A stretch of DNA of 64,000 nucleotides, from positions 512,001 to 576,000 of the forward strand of contig OZ244960.1 in NCBI GenBank assembly GCA_965222605.1, in the 5' to 3' direction. The notes beneath the pieces are model-generated. The model worked only from the letters and a program-made list of their open reading frames with translations, ran no database searches and had not been told where the DNA came from. A program made the position numbers and the translations under genes. The stretch is from Candidatus Latescibacterota bacterium (lineage in GTDB: Bacteria; Latescibacterota; UBA2968). Positions 1 to 9,592 of the stretch are shown one piece after another (positions within the stretch are counted from its first letter, which is position 1; the number at the start of each line of letters is the position of its first letter).

Positions 1-479
1 TCCAATTCTCTGTGGGGATTCATCCCGCCAACGCCAAATTTTAATGCCTTATAACCCAGCGCGAGTGCTCCCTCAAGACCATCCCGCGACCACCCCGTGC
101 GATACGATGGCACCGCCATTCGCGTTCCACCCAGCACTTCGACAAGCGGTTTATTCGCCCGCTTTCCCCGCAAATCCCACAATGCCAAATCCGCGCCACT
201 AATCGCCATCATCGCAATCCCCTTATATCCATAAGCCGCGGTATGGCGATACATCGCATCCCACAACCCCTCGACATCCCCGGCATTCGCGCCAATCAAA
301 ACCTCGCGCAGCACCGTCTGAACTACGTGAATACCCGCCGGACCACCCCCGCCAACACCGTATCCCGACAGCCCATCATCCGTATCAATCCGCACCAGAA
401 TCTGCCCAATATCTCCGCGCCAACCTGCAGGTGCGCGATCTGCTTCCGGTTGCACCGCACGAACATGTGTAATGATCAT
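1..479 (-). CDS. Mandelate racemase/muconate lactonizing (enolase superfamily) enzyme, 5' part; runs off the window start
   Basis: Not in ORF track. Manual translation from ATG 479 (RBS AGGAG upstream): MIITHVRAVQ...ILVRIDTDDGLSGYG...LWDAMY...AISGADLALWDLRGK, the typical MR/MLE N-terminal motifs. Confidence 0.85.
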   Translation of the reverse strand, partial: MIITHVRAVQPEADRAPAGWRGDIGQILVRIDTDDGLSGYGVGGGGPAGIHVVQTVLREVLIGANAGDVEGLWDAMYRHTAAYGYKGIAMMAISGADLALWDLRGKRANKPLVEVLGGTRMAVPSYRTGWSRDGLEGALALGYKALKFGVGGMNPHREL

Positions 480-758
480 GTGAAATCTCCTATTTGAAAT
501 AAAAAAAAATATTAAAAAATTGCATTACCTGTGTCTTGAAACTAAACCCCATTCAGTATATATTTACCGTAAAGAACTTACTCGTCAGATTCCCGGAGAA
601 ATATAATGGACAAAACAATCAAACGCACGCCCGATGGAAAGCCCGAAAGGCGCACACTCACACGACTGGCAATCACGTCTCAAAACCTGGCAACGATCTC
701 AACAACCATCCCTCTGGAATCGCCTATTCAGATCCACCTGATCCACTCCTGTCTTGTC

Positions 759-787
759 TTGACGCATTTGCCAAATTCCATTAACTT
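759..787 (+). promoter_or_regulatory. Putative sigma70-type promoter of the ABC-DUF1854 genes
   Basis: TTGACG-17 nt-TAACTT, 45 nt upstream of GTG 832, which has RBS AGGAG. Confidence 0.5.
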
Positions 788-831
788 AATAAGTAAGTAA
801 GCACTTTCTTTCTTTTATCAGGAGTTGATCT

Positions 832-3129
832 GTGGCAAACGCTTCCGAGACAAATCTTCTGGAAATCCCCCCGCAGCACATCTTAGATGGCCTTATCCCA
901 TCGCACGAAACAGTTCAATTATCGGCCAGTACCGATATTCGTCTCGATGGTACGTATGGAACCGCTTATCTCCTCGCCACAAACAAACACTTGTTCGCAA
1001 TTAGCCCCAATGGCGATTCGACACCACACACAGAGCGTATCCCACTTTCAGAAATTACCAATCTCGAAGTCAAAGACCTGTTTGGCAACAGCTTGCTCAA
1101 AGTCCGCACCGGAACCACAGGTGCTACACTTGCGCGATTTACCAAAGGCCAGAACCAGAAATTCAACCGGATAACGCACCGTCTTGAAACCCTTGTAAAA
1201 GACGCGCGCAAAACCGAAGACAAAATCGCAAAAGGCCATCTTGAAAGCGCGATTTCGGGCAGGCGGTGCGACGTGTGCGGCACAATCATTTCCCGCAGGG
1301 TGGGGGTCTGCACCAACTGTCTCGACACGCGCAAACTGCTGTATCGATTGCTCGCCTATGCGCGTCCCTTCTGGAAACTCGGAACCCTGAGTCTTGTCCT
1401 GCTACTCACCTCGACCTTTATTGGCCTTACCCCACCGCTTTTGATGCGCGAACTCATCGATGGCGTACTCGCTCCTTCGGCAACGTATGAAACGACCCTT
1501 TTTCGCGACATCACAAACAGCATATTTGGGGTGCCATCCGGATACGAAATCCTCTATTTTCTCGTGGGCCTGCTCCTGCTGATCAATCTCTCGCAATCGG
1601 GCCTTCGCGCCATACGCTCGTATATTTTATCCGTTCTTGGACAGAAAATTACCTATACCCTCAGAAATAAGGTCTATCAGCACCTCCACCGCCATTCTCT
1701 CAGCTTTTACAACGAGCGCGAAACCGGCACCATTATGGCCAGCATCACCCAGGATGTGGGCCGCCTGCAAGATTTTATCAGCGATGGCCTGCAAGAAATT
1801 ATCCGCGACATCATCACCATAGCCATTATATGCGGCATTCTCTTTACGCTCAATGTCAAACTCGCCACCCTCGTTTTAATCCCCACGCCCCTTCTGATTA
1901 TTGCAACCCTCAAATTTGGTCACCGACTGCATCGCACCTATCGCGGCCTGTGGCGGCGTTGGGCAGGCATCAGCGCACTCCTGGCCGACACCATTCCCGG
2001 CGTGCGCGTGGTCAAAGCCTTTGCACAGGAAGACCGCGAAGTGGGTAAATTTCAGACGCGCAGCGAAGACCTCCTCAAGGGTGAAATCAAAATTGCGGGC
2101 ATTCGCAGCATCTTCAGTCCCGTCATGGCTTTTATTATGTCTATCGGAACGCTGATTATATGGCTCGTGGGGGGCGCCTCGGTTCTCGACGGCGCATTGA
2201 CATTGGGCAACTTTGTGGCATTTACGCAGTACATGTGGCGTTTTTATGGCCCGGTTGAAAGCCTCTGCCGCCTCAACCACCGCTTCCAGCGGGCCGCGTC
2301 TTCTGCCGAACGCGTCTTTGAAGTTCTCGACACACAACCCGATGTAACCGACAGACGCTCCGCGTACGCCATGCCCTCAATTGAAGGGCGCATCCAATTT
2401 GACAACGTGACATTTTCTTACGAACCCGGCAAACCCGTTCTCAAAAACCTCAATTTTACCGTTGAACCCGGTGAAATGATCGGCCTTGCCGGACATTCCG
2501 GCGCGGGCAAAAGCACCCTGATCAACCTGATTTGTAGATTTTACGATATCGAAGAAGGCGCGATTTTAATCGACGGACGCGATATCCGCGATGTCACCCT
2601 CAAATCCCTACGCGATCAGATCGGCGTCGTTCTGCAAGACCCCTTTCTTTTCAATGGCCCGATAGCCGAAAACATCGCCTATGGCAAACCCGATGCCCCA
2701 CTCGATGAAATCGTCGCAGCCGCCAAAACAGCCAATGCCCACGAATTTATCCTCCGCCTGCCCGATAGCTACGACACCCCCGTAGGTGAACGCGGCGTTC
2801 GACTCTCGGGCGGCGAAAGGCAACGCATCTCAATTGCGCGCGCGATCCTGCGAAACCCGCGTATTCTAATTCTCGATGAAGCCACCTCCAGCATGGATAC
2901 CGAGACAGAATCACAGATTCAAGAAGCTCTTTACAGACTCGTGCAAGGGCGCACGACCTTTGCCATTGCCCATCGCCTTTCCACGCTCAAACACGCAGAC
3001 CGCCTCTTTATCATCGACAAAGGCGCGCTCGCCGAGATGGGATCACACGCCGAACTCATCGCCTATGATGGTATTTACGCGCGTCTTTGCCGCATGCAAA
3101 CAGAATTGTCCAGACTCCGCGCATGGTAG
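832..3129 (+). CDS. ABC exporter, fused permease/ATPase, with N-terminal extension and CxxC...CxxC zinc ribbon
   Basis: Walker A GHSGAGKS, LSGGERQ signature, ILILDEAT, AHRLST, several TM segments, CDVC...CTNC. Confidence 0.92.
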   Translation: MANASETNLLEIPPQHILDGLIPSHETVQLSASTDIRLDGTYGTAYLLATNKHLFAISPNGDSTPHTERIPLSEITNLEVKDLFGNSLLKVRTGTTGATLARFTKGQNQKFNRITHRLETLVKDARKTEDKIAKGHLESAISGRRCDVCGTIISRRVGVCTNCLDTRKLLYRLLAYARPFWKLGTLSLVLLLTSTFIGLTPPLLMRELIDGVLAPSATYETTLFRDITNSIFGVPSGYEILYFLVGLLLLINLSQSGLRAIRSYILSVLGQKITYTLRNKVYQHLHRHSLSFYNERETGTIMASITQDVGRLQDFISDGLQEIIRDIITIAIICGILFTLNVKLATLVLIPTPLLIIATLKFGHRLHRTYRGLWRRWAGISALLADTIPGVRVVKAFAQEDREVGKFQTRSEDLLKGEIKIAGIRSIFSPVMAFIMSIGTLIIWLVGGASVLDGALTLGNFVAFTQYMWRFYGPVESLCRLNHRFQRAASSAERVFEVLDTQPDVTDRRSAYAMPSIEGRIQFDNVTFSYEPGKPVLKNLNFTVEPGEMIGLAGHSGAGKSTLINLICRFYDIEEGAILIDGRDIRDVTLKSLRDQIGVVLQDPFLFNGPIAENIAYGKPDAPLDEIVAAAKTANAHEFILRLPDSYDTPVGERGVRLSGGERQRISIARAILRNPRILILDEATSSMDTETESQIQEALYRLVQGRTTFAIAHRLSTLKHADRLFIIDKGALAEMGSHAELIAYDGIYARLCRMQTELSRLRAW

Positions 3130-3159
3130 CTCTTTAGCCTCATCTCAACAGGTATATCA

Positions 3160-3669
3160 ATGTCTTCACTTCCAGACCTGACCGGCGACCTCCCCCTTCT
3201 TTCGCCCCGCGACATTCGCCTGTATCTCGACAATTTTGACGATCTCACACTCGACCTGCGCGATAAAATCCACGAGCGGATTGGCGTGCAGCGCGCTTTT
3301 CCCCTCAACGCGCCCACAAAATTCATCGTGCTCCACGATTCAGACGGCGGCGAAATAGGCATAGTGCGCGACATGGTCGATCTCGACCCAGACAGCCGAG
3401 ATGCATTGGAAATAGCACTCGAACAGGCATATTTTATGCCGCGCATTCTCAAAATAAATAGCATTGTTTCCAATTTCCACGTACCCACATGGGATGTGGA
3501 AACAGATCGCGGGCATCGCGTATTTGAAATCCCCAGCAGCCGGCGCGATGTGCGCATAATAGACGACGTACGGGTGATTTTGCGAGACGCCGATGGCAAC
3601 CGCTACGAGATCGTCGATTACCGCCGCCTCGACCCCGATAGCGTTGCATTTGTGGAAACCATTGTATGA
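3160..3669 (+). CDS. DUF1854-family protein
   Basis: RAFPL...EIG...YFMPRI...WDVETDRG...DADGNRYEI pattern; follows the ABC exporter as usual for this family. Confidence 0.8.
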   Translation: MSSLPDLTGDLPLLSPRDIRLYLDNFDDLTLDLRDKIHERIGVQRAFPLNAPTKFIVLHDSDGGEIGIVRDMVDLDPDSRDALEIALEQAYFMPRILKINSIVSNFHVPTWDVETDRGHRVFEIPSSRRDVRIIDDVRVILRDADGNRYEIVDYRRLDPDSVAFVETIV

Positions 3670-3765
3670 TCACAATGGGAACAATTGTACCCCAATCTTC
3701 GTCAAAGCCAAAATGAACTGACGTGCCTGTTGGCGCAGTTTATATTCGCAAGAAAGGAGGGGGTC

Positions 3766-6700
3766 ATGAAACTCAGTGAATTTGCCATTTACAAACCTAT
3801 CAGCACCATTATGGTTACAATCAGTATTATGGTGATGGGTTTTATTTCCCTGTTCAGGTTGCCACTCGAATATCTACCCAGCCTGACATTTCCACGCATC
3901 TATGTTTCCGTCAATTATCCCTCCTCTTCCCCGGAAGAAATTGAGCGGTTTATCACGCGCCCCATCGAAGAAATTCTCGGTACGCTATCAGGCGTTGAAA
4001 GCATCAGTTCCTCATCGAGCGGATCCAGTGCGCGCATTGGCATGGAATTTGCGATGGATGCCGATATGGATCTGGTTGGGGTACACATCCGCGACCGCCT
4101 CAACCAAGTTCGCGCGGACCTGCCTGCCGACGTTGATCGCATTGACATTCGCAGTTTCGATACAGAAGACTTTCCCATTCTCGAATACTCTCTCACATGG
4201 CTTGGCGAAAACAACCAGGAACTTGTCAATGTCTTCAATCAAATGATCTTGCCCAGAGTGCAGCGTCTCGAAGGCGTCGCCAATGTTGCACTCGAGGGTT
4301 TACGAGAAAAAGACCTTCTCGTCGAAGTCGATCAAAAAGCCCTGACAGCCTATAGGCTGGACTTTCGCACCATCAATCGCGCCCTGAATAGCAACAATAT
4401 TAATGTCTCTGCGGGATATGTCACCGAAGGGAGCAAACGCCTTGCCGTGCGCAGCATGGGCGAATTTGAAACCATTGACCAAATTCGCGACCTGCCCATT
4501 CGTCCCAATCTCACCCTCGGCGACATTGCCAATGTCACATACAAATATCCCGAATCCCGCAGCTTTGAACGCCTTGATGGACGCCCCTCGCTGACCCTTG
4601 AAGTCCAGAAAGCCTCAACGGCCAACATGGTCGATGTCTGCAAACTCGTGCGCGATGAACTCGCCCTCATCCTCTCGGAAGTCGGCAAAGACAAGCTCCG
4701 AATGCACCTGGTGCGCGACCGCTCCATCGACGTGACAAATAGCATCACCAGCCTCAGCCAATCTGCTATTTTGGGCGGTCTGTTGGCCGTCATCGCCATC
4801 TTTATTTTTCTTCGCAACTTCCGCAGCACGCTCATCATCGGCTCTGCTATCCCCATCAGTGTGCTCACCGTATTCCTGATTATGTATTTCATGCGCCAAT
4901 CCGGATCGAACATCACCCTCAACCTCATTTCCATGATGGGTCTGATGGTCGCCATTGGTATGCTCGTCGATCCCGCAGTCGTGGCCCTTGAAAATATCTT
5001 TCGCAAACGGTTTGAAGAAGGACAAGATGCCAGACAGGCCGCACTCGAAGGCAGCGATGAAATCGGCCTGCCAGTCCTCGCCGCATCGCTCACGACCATC
5101 TGCGTATTTATCCCGGTCATTTTTGTCACCGATTCGCGCACCTCGCTCTTCATGCGCGACTTTGCCATTACCGTGATCATATCTGTTATTGCCTCATTTT
5201 GTATCGCGCTCTCACTCATTCCACTGGCGGCCTCTCGCGCCTTCAATGAAGATGGTAAAATCCTCGATCGCATTCTCAAGAGCATCATCGGCCTTGTAGC
5301 CGCGCTTGGCCTGGGTACCTTTATTTATTACACGGACTTCAGCAAAATTGATTACGCCGGCCTGTGGGCAAATTTTAACACGACCATCAGCGCGTTGCCA
5401 GCATTTGCCAAAATTGGTTTTCCCGGCATCATTGCGCTGGTCATCTTTCTCTATTTCCGCTACCGTTCAATCGGCCCCAAAGCGATGTACGCCAGATTTG
5501 TCGCCTCCACCCTTCGTTACCGATGGGCAACTATCTCGGCGGCCTGTGTACTCCTTTTTGTCGGCAACTACATCTACGGCAAAGTAGAGCAACAACCCTT
5601 CCGCTATCAGCCCAACCGCGCTGTAAGACTCTCCATTGAAATGCCCCGCAGTTACGATGTGGATAAAGCGCGTGAGGTCTTCAAAATTGCCGAAGACATA
5701 CTCATCCCCTTAAAAAACGAACTCGACATCGAAGCCATTGGCAGCCGATACAGCGGTCGGCGCGGCACCCGCTTGACCCTTTATCTCACGCCGGCAGACG
5801 AAGGCAAACTCACCACAGATGAAGTTCAGCGCAAAGTTATGGCTCTCCTGCCCACAGACATTCCAGGTGTGCGTTTCAAATCCGGTGGTGGCCGCGGGGG
5901 ATCTGTAGGGGCTGGTGTTGAGCTCAAAGGGCGCAATCAGGAAACGCTGGCCATTTTGGCCGAAGACATTGAAACCAGCATGCAGGGGATGCCCGGCGTT
6001 CACGAAATACAGACCAGCCTCGAAAGCGGAACCGAAGAAATTCGCGTCACAGTCAATCGAGAACGCGCACAGCGCTACGGACTCTCGCCGCGCGATATTG
6101 CAACAACCATCGCCTCTGCGCTCGGTTCGCGCGGTGGCTCCAACTTCAAAACTCCAGACGGCGAAATCGACATCACAGTGCTGCTGCGCGAAGAAGACCG
6201 CGCCACCCTCGAACAACTCAAAACAACGGAATTTGAAAGCGATAACGGCGGCATGGTCACCTTCTCCAGCCTGGCGAATTTCAACCTGACAACGGGCACC
6301 AACACAATTCGACGCGAAGACCGCATGTCAACCGTAACAGTTTTCGCCAACACAGACCAGCAAGCGGTCTTTCGCGTGGGCCAGATCATGAAAATGCGCA
6401 TGGAAGGCGTGCCCCTGCCCAAGGGATATACGTATGAAATGGACCGCCGATTCAGATATATGAATTCAGAACAGGACCAGGACTATGAGACCTTGATCCT
6501 GGCACTTATTCTCATTTACATCATCATGGCCTCGCTCTTTGAATCCTATGTCCATCCGCTCACTATTATGTTCTGCATCTTCTTCGCATTCATCGGCGTC
6601 GCACTCGGTCTCTACACCTTCAAAATCGCCATGGACAGCAATGCCAAGTACGGCCTTCTGGTGCTTTTTGGCATCGTGGTCAACAACGGCATTGTCCTGG

Positions 6701-7017
6701 TCGATCACATCAACAGATACCGAAAACAGGGGCTTGTTCGCCGCGAGGCCATTATCCGCGGAGGGCAAGACCGATTGCGTCCGATAATGATGACCGCCAC
6801 CACCACCATTATTGGCCTGATGCCACTGGTGGTGCCCATGCTCTTTGGCAATGCCGAAGGCACCTCAAGGCGCTGGGGACCAATTGGTCTGGTGGTTATT
6901 TCCGGGCTATCTATCTCAACAATTCTGACCCTTGTGCTCTTGCCTACGGTCTATTCCCTGATGGATGACCTCTCGCAATTTACCAAACGGGTCACAGCCG
7001 TAGCCCGCGCGCAATAA
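3766..7017 (+). CDS. AcrB/AcrD/AcrF-family RND efflux permease
   Basis: RBS AAAGGAGG before ATG 3766; PEEIERFITRPIEE, GMLVDPAVVALENI, GIVVNNGIVLVD, RLRPIMMT. Confidence 0.92.
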   Translation: MKLSEFAIYKPISTIMVTISIMVMGFISLFRLPLEYLPSLTFPRIYVSVNYPSSSPEEIERFITRPIEEILGTLSGVESISSSSSGSSARIGMEFAMDADMDLVGVHIRDRLNQVRADLPADVDRIDIRSFDTEDFPILEYSLTWLGENNQELVNVFNQMILPRVQRLEGVANVALEGLREKDLLVEVDQKALTAYRLDFRTINRALNSNNINVSAGYVTEGSKRLAVRSMGEFETIDQIRDLPIRPNLTLGDIANVTYKYPESRSFERLDGRPSLTLEVQKASTANMVDVCKLVRDELALILSEVGKDKLRMHLVRDRSIDVTNSITSLSQSAILGGLLAVIAIFIFLRNFRSTLIIGSAIPISVLTVFLIMYFMRQSGSNITLNLISMMGLMVAIGMLVDPAVVALENIFRKRFEEGQDARQAALEGSDEIGLPVLAASLTTICVFIPVIFVTDSRTSLFMRDFAITVIISVIASFCIALSLIPLAASRAFNEDGKILDRILKSIIGLVAALGLGTFIYYTDFSKIDYAGLWANFNTTISALPAFAKIGFPGIIALVIFLYFRYRSIGPKAMYARFVASTLRYRWATISAACVLLFVGNYIYGKVEQQPFRYQPNRAVRLSIEMPRSYDVDKAREVFKIAEDILIPLKNELDIEAIGSRYSGRRGTRLTLYLTPADEGKLTTDEVQRKVMALLPTDIPGVRFKSGGGRGGSVGAGVELKGRNQETLAILAEDIETSMQGMPGVHEIQTSLESGTEEIRVTVNRERAQRYGLSPRDIATTIASALGSRGGSNFKTPDGEIDITVLLREEDRATLEQLKTTEFESDNGGMVTFSSLANFNLTTGTNTIRREDRMSTVTVFANTDQQAVFRVGQIMKMRMEGVPLPKGYTYEMDRRFRYMNSEQDQDYETLILALILIYIIMASLFESYVHPLTIMFCIFFAFIGVALGLYTFKIAMDSNAKYGLLVLFGIVVNNGIVLVDHINRYRKQGLVRREAIIRGGQDRLRPIMMTATTTIIGLMPLVVPMLFGNAEGTSRRWGPIGLVVISGLSISTILTLVLLPTVYSLMDDLSQFTKRVTAVARAQ

Positions 7018-7072
7018 AAAAAACCCAAGCAGTCGGCAAACCGTACCGATCACCTGGGGTTTTGCGTCTTTT

Positions 7073-7106
7073 AAAAAAGGCACTACGCTTCCTCGCGCAG
7101 TGCCTT
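7073..7106 (-). terminator. Intrinsic terminator downstream of the bactofilin remnant
   Basis: Minus strand AAGGCACTGCGC-gaggaa-GCGTAGTGCCTT followed by T run. Confidence 0.6.
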
Positions 7107-7309
7107 CTATGTTTCATCTGATGATTCTTTCCCAGTCTGATCAACCCCTTCTATCTCACTGCCCGCATCGCAATCGGCCTTAAAAACAGCGCCATCTTCA
7201 ACGATCAAGACACCCGTTTGAATTTTTCCAATTGAAAATGACCTTCAGAAACAGCTCCACGCCCAATAATGGTATTCATGGTTTTGTCAAAATTTGCGTT
7301 GCGATCCAC
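7107..7309 (-). pseudogene. Bactofilin (polymer-forming cytoskeletal protein) remnant with internal deletion and frameshift
   Basis: RBS AGGAG, GTG 7309; N-part ...MNTIIGRGAVSEGHFQ, then in another frame GKIQTGVLIVEDGAVFKADC...*; the central beta-helix repeats are missing; 203 nt, not a multiple of 3. Confidence 0.7.
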
Positions 7310-7345
7310 GGGGCTCTCCTCCTGAAAATTTTTTAACGAGCACCT

Positions 7346-7373
7346 AATATAAATCTTATGCATTTTGAGTCAA
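7346..7373 (-). promoter_or_regulatory. Putative sigma70 promoter of the bactofilin remnant
   Basis: TTGACT-16 nt-TATATT on the minus strand. Confidence 0.45.
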
Positions 7374-7395
7374 TTTATTTCTCCAAATTTTCCGC

Positions 7396-7424
7396 TTGAC
7401 AAGTATTTTTTACAGGCGTACTTT
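7396..7424 (+). promoter_or_regulatory. Sigma70-type promoter of the lectin-like/ABC operon
   Basis: TTGACA-17 nt-TACTTT; RBS GAGGAG before GTG 7460. Confidence 0.7.
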
Positions 7425-7459
7425 GCGAGCCATTTTACACCTAAAACCGAGGAGAAACT

Positions 7460-7834
7460 GTGGCATTCACAATTACCAAGACCGTTCGCCCAAACGCCGT
7501 GTGGCAAGAAATGTACCTCCAGATACAGAAAGATCAGCGCGTAATCATCACCGCAGAGGGCCTCTGGTCTCCCGAGATGCGTCCGCTTACCATTGTCTGG
7601 TGTGGCCCCGATGGCATTGAAGGGCGTCCCGCCAATGATCAATATCTCTTGCCCGGCACAAATGTGGGGGCACTCGTCGGGCGCATTGCCGATAGTCCCA
7701 TTCTTTCGGTGGGCAACTATTTCGATTTTTATTCGCCCTACGAAGGCCCGCTATTTCTCGTCATGAACGAAAATCCCGAATACCACAGCCAGGCCGGTTC
7801 ACTCCACGCACAAATCATCTTGTTTGACCTGTGA
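7460..7834 (+). CDS. LecA/PA-IL-like small lectin-fold protein
   Basis: 124 aa; GPDG...GALVGRI...GPLFLVMNE...GSL resembles PA-IL GPQG...GALVMKI...GAITLIYND...GSF; no signal peptide. Confidence 0.6.
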   Translation: MAFTITKTVRPNAVWQEMYLQIQKDQRVIITAEGLWSPEMRPLTIVWCGPDGIEGRPANDQYLLPGTNVGALVGRIADSPILSVGNYFDFYSPYEGPLFLVMNENPEYHSQAGSLHAQIILFDL

Positions 7835-8613
7835 AACTAATCCGCTTTCTTGTCCGGGAATACGCCCTCTCAGGGCTGTTTATCATCTTGCTGCTCGGCT
7901 TGTGGGAAATAGTCGTGCGAAGTCTTGATGTCGCCGCATTTATCCTCCCGCCACCATCTCAAATCCTATCCAAATTTGCCGCATCTCATCGCCTCCTGCT
8001 CTCTCATGGTCTCGTCACACTCACCGAAGCCCTCGGCGGCTTTCTCACAGGCGCGTCATCGGGGCTACTTTGTGCCATAGCAATGGCTCGCTCTCGCCTG
8101 ATCGAACGGATGCTCTACCCACTGGTCATCTCCACGCAGACCTTTCCAAAAGAGGCATTGGCACCCGTTTTTGTCATCTGGTTTGGATTTGGCCTTTTGC
8201 CCAAGGTAATTATCGCGGGCCTCATTTCCTTTTTTCCCGTTGTGATCAACACCACGCGCGGTCTCTTATCGGTTGACAAATCCATCCTCGACTTGATGCG
8301 GTCGCTCTCGGCCCGTCAGCGACAGATCTTTTTTAAAGTGCGCCTGCCCAATGCCATTCCCTATCTTTTTGCTGCACTCAAAATGTGCATCACACTCAGT
8401 GTGATTGGTGCTGTGGTCGGCGAATTTGTCGGCTCCAGTGCAGGTCTGGGCCACCTCATTCGCCTGGCCAATTCAGAACTCGCAACCGATTTGATGTTTG
8501 CCGCCCTGCTCGCACTCGGCTGCATGGGCACGGGCCTGTTTCTACTCGTTGACGGCCTCGAAAAAACAGCCCTGCGCCGTTGGGGCGGTACCGTTGAAAC
8601 CATAGGACGCTAA
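7831..8613 (+). CDS. NitT/TauT-family ABC transporter permease
   Basis: ILPPPSQI, FFPVVINTTRGL, KVRLPNAIPYLF, GAVVGEFVGSSAGLG. Confidence 0.9.
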   Translation: MKLIRFLVREYALSGLFIILLLGLWEIVVRSLDVAAFILPPPSQILSKFAASHRLLLSHGLVTLTEALGGFLTGASSGLLCAIAMARSRLIERMLYPLVISTQTFPKEALAPVFVIWFGFGLLPKVIIAGLISFFPVVINTTRGLLSVDKSILDLMRSLSARQRQIFFKVRLPNAIPYLFAALKMCITLSVIGAVVGEFVGSSAGLGHLIRLANSELATDLMFAALLALGCMGTGLFLLVDGLEKTALRRWGGTVETIGR

Positions 8614-8626
8614 AAGGGAGATTCCC

Positions 8627-9592
8627 ATGCCCAAAATATTCATCGCTCTTGCCCTCGCACTCATCGCCCTGTCTTGTGCGAGTACAGACAAAACACAGGT
8701 GCAATTCATACTCGACTGGAAAGCGCAGATGGAACACGCGGGCTTTTTTGTCGCCAAACAAAAGGGCTTTTATGAACAAGAAGGGCTTGAGGTCGAAATC
8801 CTCGAAGGCAGTGGCGCCCCCACTGCGGCCCGCGTCGTGGGCAACGGCACCTACAAACTCGGCGTGGCCAGCGGATCGGCAAATGTTATGGCAAGAGCGC
8901 GCAACATTCCCATTGTATCGCTCGCCGTTATCAATCAGCAAACTCCCGTTGTCGTTTATTCACTCGTAGAAAAAAATATCACAACACCGCAAGACCTGAT
9001 CGGCAAACGCATCGGCGTCAATATCGGCGGCACAAAACACCGCGAATTTCAAGCCTTCTTGCGCCACCAGAATATCCCGGAAGAAGACATACAACTCATG
9101 GGCATGAGCGAAGCCAGCCCGGCACCGCTCTTAGCAGGTCAAGTCGATGCCATGCTCGGATATACCGAAGACCAACCCGTCATAGTAGAACTCCGGGGCC
9201 ATGTGGTCAATCGCCTTGCCCTGTCGGATTACGGCATCGATGTCTATAGCACCAACATCATTGCCAACGAGTCTTTTCTCAAAGAAAATCCCGACCTGGT
9301 CAAACGCTTTTTGCGGGCGAGCCTGCGCGGATGGCAACACGCCGTCGATCATCCCGAAGATGCGGTAGCAGCCTACATGGCCGCGCGTCCCGAAAGCGAT
9401 GAAGCCTTCAATCGCGCCAATTTCAAATATCTGATTCCCCTATTGCAGAGCGCCGACACTCAACAACAGGGCCTGGGTGCCCAAACAGAAGCAAAGTGGC
9501 AACAAACACAGGATATCCTCCACAGCCTGGGCATGATCGACCAAAAAGTCGATCTCAACCTGCTATTTACCACGGCATTTATGCCTGAGTAA
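8627..9592 (+). CDS. NMT1/THI5-like ABC substrate-binding lipoprotein
   Basis: Lipobox LALSC; LDW...HAGFFVAKQKGFYEQEGLEVEI; FLRASLRGW. Confidence 0.88.
   Translation: MPKIFIALALALIALSCASTDKTQVQFILDWKAQMEHAGFFVAKQKGFYEQEGLEVEILEGSGAPTAARVVGNGTYKLGVASGSANVMARARNIPIVSLAVINQQTPVVVYSLVEKNITTPQDLIGKRIGVNIGGTKHREFQAFLRHQNIPEEDIQLMGMSEASPAPLLAGQVDAMLGYTEDQPVIVELRGHVVNRLALSDYGIDVYSTNIIANESFLKENPDLVKRFLRASLRGWQHAVDHPEDAVAAYMAARPESDEAFNRANFKYLIPLLQSADTQQQGLGAQTEAKWQQTQDILHSLGMIDQKVDLNLLFTTAFMPE

Noticed and set aside
606-800. 64-aa ORF with a GGAG RBS in the divergent intergenic region
   Set aside because: No recognisable motif and it overlaps the predicted promoter at 759-787; unsupported without homology or expression data
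7017-7070. Imperfect hairpin containing GGCAAACC (+) and GACGCAAAAC (-), reminiscent of a c-di-GMP-I riboswitch
   Set aside because: The two half-motifs are on opposite strands and the site is between convergent 3' ends; more likely a weak terminator
7425-7459. TPP riboswitch expected ahead of a THI5-like transporter
   Set aside because: Only about 35 nt between the -10 box and the first start codon, with no TPP consensus
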